A DNA stretch of 64,000 nt from Minisyncoccota bacterium (lineage in GTDB: Bacteria > Patescibacteriota > Minisyncoccia > Phycocordibacterales > JABAAK01): assembly GCA_965222235.1 (NCBI GenBank), contig OZ244939.1, positions 557,942 to 621,941 of the forward strand. The letters are read 5' to 3'. The translations under genes were made by a program, and so were the position numbers. This document shows positions 48,722 through 61,744 of the stretch, piece after piece; position 1 is the stretch's first letter, and each line of letters starts with the position of its first letter. Under the pieces are notes generated by a model. That model was given only the letters and a program-made list of their open reading frames with translations, ran no database searches and was not told where the DNA came from.

Positions 48722-49474
48722 AAATTTTTTCAACTCCGATTTGTCCAAAAGAGAAAGCTCTTTTACTGAAAGTAAGAATTCTTGATTGATTGTGTAGGTG
48801 CCTTTGAAGAACACATCAAGGATATTTTTTGCGTGATGTGTTTTTGTCCAAATTCCCCGCTGTAAGGCATTTGCCGTTGTTCCTCCATATCTAACTTCAA
48901 ACATATAATTTTCCTTAGAATCTAAAAACTCATATATTGGGTGTTTTCTTCTACCTTCCACACCAATCTTTCTTATTGATTTCCATTTCTTTATCATCAT
49001 TTTGGTGTTGATGGTGCAAACTCTAAATGTGCTTTCTTTCTCATTGTATAAGAAACACAAAACATGTATGTTTAATAATTTGTTTAGTATCGGCAAAACA
49101 TCTTCTCGTTTAATCTGTTTCTTTTTTGCAGAAAGTTTTAACAAAGTGTCAAATAATTCATTTTTCTTATCCGTTCGTATTTGCAGTGGTCCATTGTCAC
49201 CGTAATTTTTAAGAGACAGAAAAAATTTCTTACCAGTTTTCTTTTCCTGTATCTCAAGATCCTCTTCGCTCTCTTTTGCTCGGAATTTTTCTTTCCCTAT
49301 GTGTGTTGACTTGAAATGTTTTAAATACTTATTTATGTAATGATCAAACAAGACCTCAGCCATATCACCGTGTGTTTTGTTTCCAAATTCTCTAAAGGAG
49401 AATATGTTGTCAAAAAATATAACACTTTTAGGGTTTCTCCTAAAGTTTTCTTTTAATTCTGCAAAAAAATCCAT
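48701..49474 (-). CDS. DpnII/MboI-family restriction endonuclease (GATC-type), convergent with the Dam-like MTase
   Basis: FGNKTHGDMAEVLFDHYINKYL compares with DpnII NGRKNRTGDAMENIVQSYLE. KENYMFEVRYGG compares with DpnII EQVLYLIEVNFYSG. The ORF track extends to 49810 through a repeat, and the real start is MDFFAELK at 49474. Confidence 0.65.
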   Translation of the reverse strand: MDFFAELKENFRRNPKSVIFFDNIFSFREFGNKTHGDMAEVLFDHYINKYLKHFKSTHIGKEKFRAKESEEDLEIQEKKTGKKFFLSLKNYGDNGPLQIRTDKKNELFDTLLKLSAKKKQIKREDVLPILNKLLNIHVLCFLYNEKESTFRVCTINTKMMIKKWKSIRKIGVEGRRKHPIYEFLDSKENYMFEVRYGGTTANALQRGIWTKTHHAKNILDVFFKGTYTINQEFLLSVKELSLLDKSELKKFLQKYGC

Positions 49475-49639
49475 AAAATTGAACTTTATTAATTGAATTG
49501 TAGCATTTATATTGACGCGAATCAAAGGAAATCCGCCGTTTCCCGTAAACGTTCGCAAGCGGGAAATCGGTAGATTGCATGAGTTCTCCCGACCCATCAC
49601 ACCGACATTTTCTTTTACTGTCTGATTTGCGTGCTCTTG

Positions 49640-49910
49640 TGCTACTAAATGAAGAACCCCAAAAACCCGCCTTTTAAGCAAAGAGAACAGAAACAGACGG
49701 TGGCGAGCACGCGGGGTTGGGGCGGCGGAAAAATTGAAGAAGAAAATAACGACGATGATTGGCGCGGGAGCAGAGCACCACGAGGATCGGTGCGTAACGG
49801 AGTGGAGCACGGATCCGAGAGGTGCGGAGCGACTTGTTGAAGCGTACGATGTTGGTTTGAGGGTTTACTGGGTGCTCGGAGCGGGCGAATCTTCCTCTTT
49901 TACCTTCAAG
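49640..49910. repeat. R-element family copy ending in the 19-bp core ctcttttaccttcaagcct that overlaps the 3' end of tRNA-Arg
   Basis: Its body is homologous to 24250-24480. The core lies at ~49895-49913, and its last 3 nt are the tRNA 3' terminus. Confidence 0.65.
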
Positions 49911-49982
49911 CCTCCCCAGCAGGAATCGAACCTGCATTACAAGCTCCGCAAGCCTGCGTTCTATCCATTAAACTATGGGGAG
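49911..49982 (-). tRNA. tRNA-Arg (anticodon read as GCG; assignment of anticodon less certain)
   Basis: The minus-strand cloverleaf reads ctcccca-ta-gttt-aatggata-gaac-g-caggc-ttGCGga-gcttg-taat-gcagg-ttcgatt-cctgc-tggggag-g. It has two G-U pairs and a 4-nt variable loop. Confidence 0.65.
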
Positions 49983-50112
49983 ATATGCGTTCAGTATATA
50001 CTGTACGAGCGTTTTTTGTACATGTTTTACATACTCCGCAGTACAGGTATTTTTTCCTTGGTATAGTGATAATATCTATGGCAGAAAGATGTTCCGTTAT
50101 TAAGTAATATTC

Positions 50113-52689
50113 ATGAAACTGTATATCACATTGAAAGGAATGGTGGTGGTAACCGTAGTAGGTGCGTTCTGTATATTTCTTGTAATCAAAACGATCAGCA
50201 TTGCGGGGGTGCAATCCGACCCGGATGCCGCTAATCCGCCGGCAGCGCCTGTCATAACAGTTGCGGCGCTTGACACCGCCGCTTCACGGACGAGAGAGGT
50301 GACCGCGACACTGGGGAACACCGACGGCGTTACCGATACGAAGTACGCACTTGTCAGCAGTGCCGTCTGCAACGGCGATGTCACATTTCCCAACCTGCAG
50401 ACATGGACATCGGGCGTTCCTATCGTATTCGTGTCTGAGAGCGCGAACGGCAAACGGGTCTGTTTCAAGGCGGCACGCGGTCAAAATTACACTTATAAAC
50501 TGTCCGATACTGTCAGCGGTATAAGCAGATCATTTGAGCCGACGGTCTGGGGTATGCAGACATATATTTGGAATCAGCATCTGAATGTGTGGGCGCGGAC
50601 TTCGTGCACCATGCGGATCGGCGGCGCTATCGGCACTATCGCCGCCTGCAGTGAAGCGCAGTGCACCGGCGCGGCGGGAACACCGTCATTCTGCAGTAAT
50701 GAGCCGGATTCCTGTGATGCAAGCGTTTGTGATGCCTCGGAGCCGTGGAAAAACCGGGTTAGGTACTATCACGACGGCAGGGACATTGACGGCGACGGCA
50801 CTATTGAAACGAATGAAATACAGCCGGGGGAGGTGCAGGGGACCGCATGGTCTCCCATGTACGGTGAGATCACTTTTGATCTGGAAGATTTTCCGGTCGA
50901 TAATCCGGATACAGTATCCGTTAACGAAAGCAGCTGCTACGGCCTGACCGGCGAAGACCGCCAGGCCCGCATCGTTCGCGTGGTAGCCGGGAATAACAAT
51001 AAAGTTGACAGAAGCGACCGTATTTCCACCGGCAGCTCGGCCGCCGGAACAACCATCGCGATGGTCGGCTGCGCGTATGTGCCGGGACACGATGAATATA
51101 TTCTGCTGTCTCCCGCAAACCGTCTTGCCAACGCCGTGGCCGCAAACCTTTCCGAATGGCCGTCGGATTGGACGGGGGTCTGGATTGAGGTGGATACCGC
51201 CGCACCGACCGTCTCCTGCACCGGAGACAAGCACTGCACCGGCATCACCAGTCCGCATATAAAGATGTTCGGGTGCGCATGGTCGCAGAGATCGCAAAAC
51301 AACACCATTTACGGCAATTTCTGGTCGTTCGGTCCGAATACGACAGCATCAGGCGCGGGAGACGACACGAACTGCCTGCCCGATTCGCACAGCGAAGGAC
51401 TGCTGGAGGAAATAGACGTTACCGCCATCGGCATTCCCAGCGGCGGTACGGACGCGTTGGTATATCCGAACAAGGGATCCGCCCGCGTCGGTCAGTATGT
51501 AACCTACTCCGCGGAATGTCCCGCCGGGCGCAGCAAAGTGTCAAAGATGCAGATATTCCGCAACGCCGGCGACTATGAACTGGTGTTCGGTGATGAAACG
51601 AGCAATACCTATCTGAGCGCGCTGAACGCCGCCAATCCGACCACCGTGAGCAGTCTGAATACAGTTGCCGCAACCGGTTCGGCACTGAGAACGAAGCACA
51701 CCTATTCTGAGACAATCTTTTCTTCAGTGACGGCCCTTCGTGTTGAGTGTGAAGATGCACATCCGCAGAAAATTTTCGGCGGCATATCCGCGGCCAGGAG
51801 CGTCGGTGTTGAGGCCAATTCTCTCATATACCGGGGTTTCACCGCCGAGCCGTCCGTCATTACCGAAGGCGGTATCATTGATCTTAATATTGAGGTGACC
51901 AATTTTGAAGATCCGTCCAAAAACGGCGGCTTCTGTAAGGTGACCAATGTGCTGACCGATGAGCCGGTACTCTGTTTCCGGACAAAAGGATTTACTACCA
52001 CCAAAACACTTCGCGACTGCGGAGACGGTACCACCCTATGCCTCGGCGACAGCACCGATCCTGTTGTCAGGGAGACAACGTATGAGCTGGAATGCCACCA
52101 TGACACCTCGAATGCAACACACGACGACGATGATTTTAACAGCAGGTGCATGTCATTTGAACCGACCGGCAACACATGGAAGAAAATCGGTCCGTTCGGG
52201 TTTACGGTGAAGGTGCTGCCGAGCCGAATCGTTGAGCGGGATATATCCGAATCAGTGCCCGTGCCGACCATCACCAAAACCGGCAGTGTATTCAGGGTCT
52301 CTCTGCCGCAGGAATCGCGCGGTTCCTATGATGTGCGCATCTATGAGCTTGATGCAGGATCTGCCGACGGCACCAAAACAGTCAATCCCCGCAGCCCCGA
52401 CAGAATCATCGCATTTTTCACCAACACGGCGCAGGCGAATGCCAAGGTGCAGAATACCTGTGACACGACACAAAGCTCATCGGAATTTCGGGAATGTATA
52501 AAAGGCGCGCTGTACGGAGAAACCGCTCCGGCTGTCATTGTTATCGGCGCCGGCAGTCATGATATCAGTCGGTCGGAGGTGAGTAATAAGATTTTGGTTG
52601 CCGAAACATATACAAACAGCGGGCCGAAAGGAGCAAGAAGCCAAAAGATTGTGGTTGATACCCGGGATGATCCGTTTGCCTCTCCTTAA
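50113..52689 (+). CDS. Large (858 aa) hypothetical secreted/surface protein, Cys- and Thr/Gly-rich
   Basis: An N-terminal TM/signal anchor and a long extracytoplasmic region. No recognisable catalytic motif. Confidence 0.45.
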   Translation: MKLYITLKGMVVVTVVGAFCIFLVIKTISIAGVQSDPDAANPPAAPVITVAALDTAASRTREVTATLGNTDGVTDTKYALVSSAVCNGDVTFPNLQTWTSGVPIVFVSESANGKRVCFKAARGQNYTYKLSDTVSGISRSFEPTVWGMQTYIWNQHLNVWARTSCTMRIGGAIGTIAACSEAQCTGAAGTPSFCSNEPDSCDASVCDASEPWKNRVRYYHDGRDIDGDGTIETNEIQPGEVQGTAWSPMYGEITFDLEDFPVDNPDTVSVNESSCYGLTGEDRQARIVRVVAGNNNKVDRSDRISTGSSAAGTTIAMVGCAYVPGHDEYILLSPANRLANAVAANLSEWPSDWTGVWIEVDTAAPTVSCTGDKHCTGITSPHIKMFGCAWSQRSQNNTIYGNFWSFGPNTTASGAGDDTNCLPDSHSEGLLEEIDVTAIGIPSGGTDALVYPNKGSARVGQYVTYSAECPAGRSKVSKMQIFRNAGDYELVFGDETSNTYLSALNAANPTTVSSLNTVAATGSALRTKHTYSETIFSSVTALRVECEDAHPQKIFGGISAARSVGVEANSLIYRGFTAEPSVITEGGIIDLNIEVTNFEDPSKNGGFCKVTNVLTDEPVLCFRTKGFTTTKTLRDCGDGTTLCLGDSTDPVVRETTYELECHHDTSNATHDDDDFNSRCMSFEPTGNTWKKIGPFGFTVKVLPSRIVERDISESVPVPTITKTGSVFRVSLPQESRGSYDVRIYELDAGSADGTKTVNPRSPDRIIAFFTNTAQANAKVQNTCDTTQSSSEFRECIKGALYGETAPAVIVIGAGSHDISRSEVSNKILVAETYTNSGPKGARSQKIVVDTRDDPFASP

Positions 52690-52692
52690 TCG

Positions 52693-53319
52693 CTATCCAT
52701 GTGAATGGCGGTGATTGCCGGGCAGGGGGCGGACTGCGGGAGGAGCGGGACAGGCACCGTCGAGCAGACATCCCTCATTTTTCATGCCCCGTTCCGGGCA
52801 GCGCCGTGAATGAATGCAGGCCTCGTCGCCGACCTGTTTCTGTTCCGCGATGAGCATGTCCGCATCGGTTGTGGTTGTCAGCAGTATCCGGTCGAGATCC
52901 TTCGGTATGTAGCCGTTGAATGCGGCAATGCGCGGGGTGTCATTAACGAACAGCCGGAGGCCGTCCTCACGGCAGACAGTTGTGTCGTTAAATGACAGAC
53001 AATCCTCATCCAGCAGTATATTCAGCGAAGCGAGGAAGGTGGCGAAGGTCTGTTTTTTTGCATGGATATGCAGCACGTCGCCGTCATTGTCGTGCAGGTG
53101 CAGGAACTCATGCCGGACGGTATCCTCATGCGATTGGTATACCGCATCCGAGAGGTGTATTCTCTCGCCGTGTACATACACGGCAAAGTCGGCATGTATG
53201 TGTATGTCGTTATGGTGCGGTCCGTATCCTTTATATATATAGAGCATGCATCCGAAGAAGAGCAGGGCGCAGCCGACAAGTACCGCCCTGTAGATCATCT
53301 TTCTTCCGTTGCTTTGCAT
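52693..53319 (-). CDS. Hypothetical membrane-anchored protein, His-rich (HIHADF..., HLHDNDGDVLHIH)
   Basis: A 208-aa ORF with an N-terminal TM. Confidence 0.35.
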   Translation of the reverse strand: MQSNGRKMIYRAVLVGCALLFFGCMLYIYKGYGPHHNDIHIHADFAVYVHGERIHLSDAVYQSHEDTVRHEFLHLHDNDGDVLHIHAKKQTFATFLASLNILLDEDCLSFNDTTVCREDGLRLFVNDTPRIAAFNGYIPKDLDRILLTTTTDADMLIAEQKQVGDEACIHSRRCPERGMKNEGCLLDGACPAPPAVRPLPGNHRHSHG

Positions 53320-53370
53320 GGCTATAATACTAGCACATGGTTTTGAATAATATTTTCATTCGGTGTCAAG

Positions 53371-54285
53371 TTGCATTGCGACAAAATCGTACAGTATACT
53401 AATTATCACATGAAGGGCAACGATGAATATAATCTGAAGGTCGTGTTTATCTACATCAGCATTGCAATTGCGCTGTTGGTGACCATAATTTCCGGCTCTA
53501 GCGCCGCGTTCGCCATCATTAACTATTTCCTGATGCCCGATTCATTCACCTGGTGGAATTTTCGGGGCAGTGTATACGGCAGCCTGCCGAGCAGCATCGC
53601 CTTTTTGTCTATTGCATTTCTGACGCTGATGGCGCTCTCCCGCATTGTTCGTGATGATATAGCGATTGATCATCAAAGGACGGTCTGGTATCGGCTGTGT
53701 CAGGCGATTGTCATGGTCATACTCACACTTTCACTGTGTACGGTGCTGTTTGTATCGGCGCTCCTGATTGAGGGTGTGCTGAGCGGCGACATATCATGGG
53801 CGCACTTTTTGAAACTGGTGTTCATGCTCGGCATCGGCGCCATGACATTTTATTACTATCGCGGCGTTCTTCGTCATGTGTGGCAGAGTCACAGAAAAGA
53901 AAAGAAAATGCTCGTTGTCACGGTGTCAGCGCTGGTGATCCTCCTGCTGGTATTGGGGGTTGCGGTGGTGCGGCCGCTCACACAACGGTCGGTTGCAGAA
54001 ACATACGAGGCACTGGACCATCTCAAGACAGTGTCGCGGGAGGTAAACGTATTCTTCTCCGAGAAGAAATATCTGCCGGCTGACCTGTCGGTGCTTGAAT
54101 ATATTAAACACGGATATGTGGTTGATGACGGATCGGTCACATACGAGAAAACCGGATACGCTTCATACCGTCTGTGTGCGGAATTTGAGGCGCTGCCGCG
54201 CGGCACGGACCTCTCCGAGTATCCGTACGATGATTTTGAGGTGAAAGAAACGGGCACGAACTGTTTTGTTCTCAGCGCACAGTAG
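53371..54285 (+). CDS. Hypothetical integral membrane protein
   Basis: Multiple TM segments in the first 200 aa, then a soluble C-terminal domain. Confidence 0.35.
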   Translation: MHCDKIVQYTNYHMKGNDEYNLKVVFIYISIAIALLVTIISGSSAAFAIINYFLMPDSFTWWNFRGSVYGSLPSSIAFLSIAFLTLMALSRIVRDDIAIDHQRTVWYRLCQAIVMVILTLSLCTVLFVSALLIEGVLSGDISWAHFLKLVFMLGIGAMTFYYYRGVLRHVWQSHRKEKKMLVVTVSALVILLLVLGVAVVRPLTQRSVAETYEALDHLKTVSREVNVFFSEKKYLPADLSVLEYIKHGYVVDDGSVTYEKTGYASYRLCAEFEALPRGTDLSEYPYDDFEVKETGTNCFVLSAQ

Positions 54286-54315
54286 CGCCGCAGTCGCCCC
54301 GTTTTTTGGTATAGT

Positions 54316-55896
54316 GTGCGTATGCTGCTGTCCGCACAATCATTAGAGAAACGGTACGGAGCCGAAACTGTTTTCAGCGATATATCCTTCACCCTCGACG
54401 AGGGGCATCGGGTCGCGCTGGTCGGGAAAAACGGCGCGGGAAAGAGCACGCTAATGAAATTGCTCGTCGGCAAAACGGAGCCGGATGCCGGCAGGGTGAC
54501 GGTGACCGACGGCAGAACGGTGGCGTATCTGCCGCAGGAAATTGCGGCGGATGACACGCGCACCGGCATCGCCTATCTGCAGGACGGCACCAATCTGCAG
54601 CCGCATCAGTTTTTTCCGCTGCTTGAGGGTCTGGGTGTGCCGCAGGAAGTCGCGGAGCGTTCGCTGAACGGCATGAGCGGCGGTCAGCAGACCAAAATTC
54701 TGCTGACCCGTTTTCTGCTTGAGCCGTCGGATATTCTGCTGCTGGACGAGCCGACCAATAATTTGGACATACCGTCGCTGCTCTGGCTTGAACGGTTTCT
54801 CGCCTCGTCAAAAAAAGCAATGATCATCATCTCACATGATTTGATGTTTCTGAATACCGTAGCGAACCGGGTGTTTGAGATGAAAGACGGAACGCTCCTG
54901 ACGGAACGGGGCACCTACGGCGACTACCTTGAGCGGAAGAAGAAAGAGTTGGCGCGGGCGAAAAAGGAATACGCACAATATATACAGAAAGTGCGCCAGC
55001 TTGAGCGGACAAAAAGACAGATACAGGGCAAAGGCGGGCGGATAGACGCGGCCGAGGCGGACGACGGCGACAAAATCGGTGCCGGCGCAGCGCGGGACCG
55101 CGCATCTGCGGGTCAGCGGCAGGCGCGCTCCATTGAGCGCCGGATTCAACGGATGGAGAAAGTTAAGAAGCCCTTTGAGGAGGATCCGTATGTGCTCACC
55201 ATCAGCGCAAGACAGCAGGATGGGGACATTGAAATTGCCGCGTCCGATCTGGTTGTCGGCTATCCCGGCGGCGTGCGGGTGGGCCCGGTGTCATTTTCGG
55301 TAAAGATCGGCGATCGACTTTGTCTCATGGGCATGAACGGCGCGGGAAAGAGTACGCTGCTGAAGACCGTTGCCGGCATGCTTGAGCCGTTGGAAGGCGG
55401 GATATCAGTGTCCGACGGCGTATTGTTCGGCGACCTGATGCAGAAACATGAGCGGGCGGATCCAGGCACGGTCGCACTTGATTTTTTCATGCAACAGACC
55501 GGCGGCGATGCCGAGCGGGCGATGCATGCGCTGAAACAGGCCGGCTTCACCGACCGGATGCTCCGGCAGAGGATAGCCGGCCTCTCATCCGGCATGCGCG
55601 CGCGGCTGCTCTTTGCCGTGTTCGTGGCGCTCGGCGTGAATGTTCTTATCCTTGACGAGCCGACGAACCATCTGGACATGGAGGCGGTTGCGGCGCTCAA
55701 AGATCTTTTGAAGCAGTACACGGGAATCGTATTTCTGGTGTCGCACAACCGATGGTTTTTAGAGGATCTTAATGTCGGCACATACTACAGCATCGCTGAC
55801 AGCGCCGCGGTCCGTATTCCTGACTTTGAAAAGTATCTCAGCGATGCTCAGGCGCGCGCGGAACGGATGGTGAAACAATTGAGAAGGGCGGTGTGA
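54316..55896 (+). CDS. ABC-F family ATPase (tandem ABC domains, no TM domain)
   Basis: GKNGAGKSTL / LSGGQQ / LLLDEPTNNLD, then a linker, then GMNGAGKSTLL / LSSGMRARL / LILDEPTNHLD. Confidence 0.85.
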   Translation: MRMLLSAQSLEKRYGAETVFSDISFTLDEGHRVALVGKNGAGKSTLMKLLVGKTEPDAGRVTVTDGRTVAYLPQEIAADDTRTGIAYLQDGTNLQPHQFFPLLEGLGVPQEVAERSLNGMSGGQQTKILLTRFLLEPSDILLLDEPTNNLDIPSLLWLERFLASSKKAMIIISHDLMFLNTVANRVFEMKDGTLLTERGTYGDYLERKKKELARAKKEYAQYIQKVRQLERTKRQIQGKGGRIDAAEADDGDKIGAGAARDRASAGQRQARSIERRIQRMEKVKKPFEEDPYVLTISARQQDGDIEIAASDLVVGYPGGVRVGPVSFSVKIGDRLCLMGMNGAGKSTLLKTVAGMLEPLEGGISVSDGVLFGDLMQKHERADPGTVALDFFMQQTGGDAERAMHALKQAGFTDRMLRQRIAGLSSGMRARLLFAVFVALGVNVLILDEPTNHLDMEAVAALKDLLKQYTGIVFLVSHNRWFLEDLNVGTYYSIADSAAVRIPDFEKYLSDAQARAERMVKQLRRAV

Positions 55897-55908
55897 TAGA
55901 GTGAACGT

Positions 55909-56688
55909 ATGCTGTTTACACACATGCTGCCGCTCGCGCTCATTCAGGGGGTCACGGAATTTCTGCCGATTTCCTCTTCAGCGCACCTGGTGCTGTTTCC
56001 CGAGGTGTTCGGCCGCGAAATACAGTCGGTCGGTTTTGATATTATACTTCATGCCGCGACACTGACGGCGGCAGTGTGGTATTTCAGAAAAGATATACGG
56101 GATATTACCGTCGGATGCCTGCGCGGCGATGCCGGCAGCCGTCTATATATGCAGGCATTGCTGCTCGGCACGCTTCCCGTGGTAGTTGCCGGTCCGTTTC
56201 TGTACAACACCGTGGTGTCCTCCAGGACCGCGGAGCTGATCGCTATACTCCTCATCGCCTCCGGTGCCGCGCTGTATCTGGCGGATTGGTATGTGCGTCG
56301 CATGCCGGTGCACAGTAATCTCCCCGTCCCCGCACGTGCGCTGGTCATCGGCATGTGTCAGATACTGTCGGTGTTTCCCGGCGTATCGCGGTCGGGAATT
56401 ACCATCACCGCGGGTCGTCTCCTGGGGCTCTCCCGCGGGGAATCGGTCCGGTTTTCATTCCTGCTTTCCGTTCCCGTCATCGCCGGCGCGACGGTGCTTG
56501 CCGCGCTGTCCGTGCCGTCCGCAGGGACGATCGCGCTGTCCGTGCCGTTGCTGATATCGTTCGCCGTCGCCGTTCTTGCCGCCTACACCGCAATTCGGCT
56601 GTTCATCGCGTGGGTAGAGCGTATAGGGTTCGCTCCGTTCTGCATATATCAGATAGCGCTCGGTGCCGCGCTGCTTCTGCTGCTCTAG
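55909..56688 (+). CDS. uppP: Undecaprenyl-diphosphate phosphatase
   Basis: GVTEFLPISSSAHL and SRSGITI motifs, with 7-8 TM segments. Confidence 0.85.
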   Translation: MLFTHMLPLALIQGVTEFLPISSSAHLVLFPEVFGREIQSVGFDIILHAATLTAAVWYFRKDIRDITVGCLRGDAGSRLYMQALLLGTLPVVVAGPFLYNTVVSSRTAELIAILLIASGAALYLADWYVRRMPVHSNLPVPARALVIGMCQILSVFPGVSRSGITITAGRLLGLSRGESVRFSFLLSVPVIAGATVLAALSVPSAGTIALSVPLLISFAVAVLAAYTAIRLFIAWVERIGFAPFCIYQIALGAALLLLL

Positions 56689-56855
56689 TACAGATGTTTG
56701 ACGGTAATCCACCAGGTTGTCGGCGGCAATTCGTCCAGCCCGTACGGCGGTTCGGTGACCATAACGGAATACAGCCACAGGGCGACTATGAATCCGAGGA
56801 TGATATAGGCGATTCTCTTCATGATATATGATATATATATACCGTAGCACACCAC

Positions 56856-56928
56856 GCCACCTTAGCTCAGTCGGTAGAGCACTCCCATGGTAAGGGAGAG
56901 GTCGTCGGTTCAAATCCGACAGGTGGCT
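56856..56928 (+). tRNA. tRNA-Thr (anticodon GGT)
   Basis: The cloverleaf reads gccacct-ta-gctc-agtcggta-gagc-a-ctccc-atGGTaa-gggag-aggtc-gtcgg-ttcaaat-ccgac-aggtggc-t. Confidence 0.8.
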
Positions 56929-56933
56929 CATAT

Positions 56934-58418
56934 ATGTCACACCTGTACCTCACAAAGACGGACTACATCCACTATCTCCGCTGCCCGAGTTCGCTCTGGC
57001 TGTTGAAACATAAACCGGATGTGTATCCGCACCGGGAGTTCAGCGCGTTTCTGCGGCAGATAGCGGCGGAGGGGTATGAGGTTGAGCGGTACGCACAGCG
57101 GCTGTTTCCGAACGGCATACCGCTGCCCGCCGGCACAGCGGCCGGGGAGCGCACCCGTCAGGCGGTTGCAGCCGGCACCCCAATCATGTTCCAGGCGACA
57201 TTCCACACCGATGACGGCATGTTCATCCGCAGCGATGTGCTGGAGCTGCACGGCGATGCCTGCAGTATCTATGAAATAAAATCTTCGGCGAAGGTGAAGC
57301 GGGAGAAGCAGCATGACCATATTAAGGACCTCTGTTTTCAGGTAATTGCACTTGAGAAATCCGGCCTGTCGGTGCGGGATGCATACATCATTCATGTAAA
57401 CGCCGACTATGTGCGCGACGGGGAGGTGAACCCGGCGGCGCTGCTGAAAAAAATGTGTGTTACCGATGCGGTGCGGGATGCGGAGGCGGAAACGGAGGTT
57501 GAGGTGTCAAACGCGCTTGCGCTGCTCCGCGAAACGGCAATCAGCGAAAACGGCTGTCCCTGCTACAGAAAAACCCGGGCGAACCACTGTGACGCGTTTG
57601 CATATTTCAACGGCGCGCCGGAGCGTCAGTCAGTGTGGGAGCTCGGCCGGATCAGTGAAAAAAAACTGGTGACCCTTCTTGACCGCGGCGTGACGCACCT
57701 GCGGGAGATTCCGGAAGACATTGACCTTAACCCGAAACAGCGCCGGCAGGCGCTCTCTGCGGTGCGCGGCGAGCCGGTGGTGTATGAGGAGCGGATTGCC
57801 GAGATGCTCGGCACGCTGACATTTCCGCTGTATTTTTTTGACTATGAAACCGCCGCACATGCGGTACCGCGGCTGGTCGGCTTCAGACCGTGGCAGCATA
57901 TACCGTTTCAGTATTCGCTGCATATATTGCATGAAGACGGGACGCTTGACCATCGCGAACAGGTGAGCGAGACACTGACCGGCGTTGAGGAAGTGCTCTC
58001 GGCGCTGTGCGGAGACATTGCCCCCGACGGAGACGTGATCTCGTGGCATGCGTCGTTTGAACAGTGCCGTAACCGCGAGATGGGGGAGATATTTCCGCGG
58101 TATCGTGAACAGTTAACCGATATCAACCGCCGCATGTTTGATCTGGAGGATGTGTTCAGGGAGGCGTACGCTGATGCCGCCTTCCGCGGCTCCACCTCCA
58201 TCAAGAAGGTTCTGCCGGTATTGTGTCCGCATCTGACCTATGCGGATATGGCGGTGCAGGACGGCGCGCAGGCAATGGGACAGTGGCTGACGATGGTGGA
58301 TCCGGCGACGGACGGCGCAACAAAGGCGGATATACGACGCGATTTGCTCACGTACTGCACATTGGATACCTATGCGATGGTTGAGCTGTATCGGACGCTT
58401 CGGGCGATGGTGTCGTGA
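56934..58418 (+). CDS. DUF2779-family protein (RecB-like nuclease superfamily)
   Basis: The N-terminal LTKTDYIHYLRCPSSLWL matches the DUF2779 signature (SKSxY..GLQCPKRLWL). Confidence 0.5.
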   Translation: MSHLYLTKTDYIHYLRCPSSLWLLKHKPDVYPHREFSAFLRQIAAEGYEVERYAQRLFPNGIPLPAGTAAGERTRQAVAAGTPIMFQATFHTDDGMFIRSDVLELHGDACSIYEIKSSAKVKREKQHDHIKDLCFQVIALEKSGLSVRDAYIIHVNADYVRDGEVNPAALLKKMCVTDAVRDAEAETEVEVSNALALLRETAISENGCPCYRKTRANHCDAFAYFNGAPERQSVWELGRISEKKLVTLLDRGVTHLREIPEDIDLNPKQRRQALSAVRGEPVVYEERIAEMLGTLTFPLYFFDYETAAHAVPRLVGFRPWQHIPFQYSLHILHEDGTLDHREQVSETLTGVEEVLSALCGDIAPDGDVISWHASFEQCRNREMGEIFPRYREQLTDINRRMFDLEDVFREAYADAAFRGSTSIKKVLPVLCPHLTYADMAVQDGAQAMGQWLTMVDPATDGATKADIRRDLLTYCTLDTYAMVELYRTLRAMVS

Positions 58419-58466
58419 TGTGTACGGCGGCAAAGAATTCGCGGAAGTGGGGTATGCTGAATATAT

Positions 58467-59099
58467 ATGGTCCGTACAGCGCGCAGGGTTCAGCATGCCG
58501 GTTTCACGCTCATTGAGGTGTTGGTCGCTATTTCCGTGCTCACGACGATGTTGTTTGTCCCCCTCTCCGTCATCACCCAGTATCTCACCGAAGTCGCACT
58601 GACGGAAGACAGCGTGAAAGCCGGCCTTCTGGCACAGGAGGTGATAGAGTATGTGCGGTATGACCGGGATTCAAATCTGCTTTCGGGCGACGGCACGTGG
58701 TTCACCAGGCTGCGCTCGCCGGTCAGTGTAACGAATACATACAGTGAGTGTATTACGCGGGAGAATGACTGGTTGCGCGGCGCGGATCCCCGGTTCTGCA
58801 ATGTGGAATGCACGAGCGAATCCGAAACCGGCCTCTGCAGCGAGGTTGACGGGTTTGTCTCCGGCGTGTCCGGGTTAACGACCGTGCCCGTGCGGTACCC
58901 GAACAAAACCTGTGACGGTAAGGAAGCGGGCGACACAGAAGAGACATTCAGCGTGACGCTGACGATTGTGGTGCCGTCGAACGATACCGCGGTGCAGTAT
59001 GCGTCCGTCAGACCCTGTGTATCCTGGAAAGACAGGAGCGGTGCGGAGCGGAAGATGGAGATTGAAGAGACACTCTTTCATTGGTTAGTAACTGATTAG
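58467..59099 (+). CDS. Type IV pilin-like protein (prepilin N-terminal motif)
   Basis: RRVQHAGFTLIEVLVAISVLTTML has G|FTLIE with Glu at +5. Confidence 0.6.
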   Translation: MVRTARRVQHAGFTLIEVLVAISVLTTMLFVPLSVITQYLTEVALTEDSVKAGLLAQEVIEYVRYDRDSNLLSGDGTWFTRLRSPVSVTNTYSECITRENDWLRGADPRFCNVECTSESETGLCSEVDGFVSGVSGLTTVPVRYPNKTCDGKEAGDTEETFSVTLTIVVPSNDTAVQYASVRPCVSWKDRSGAERKMEIEETLFHWLVTD

Positions 59100-59103
59100 T
59101 ACC

Positions 59104-61744
<2,641 letters not shown>

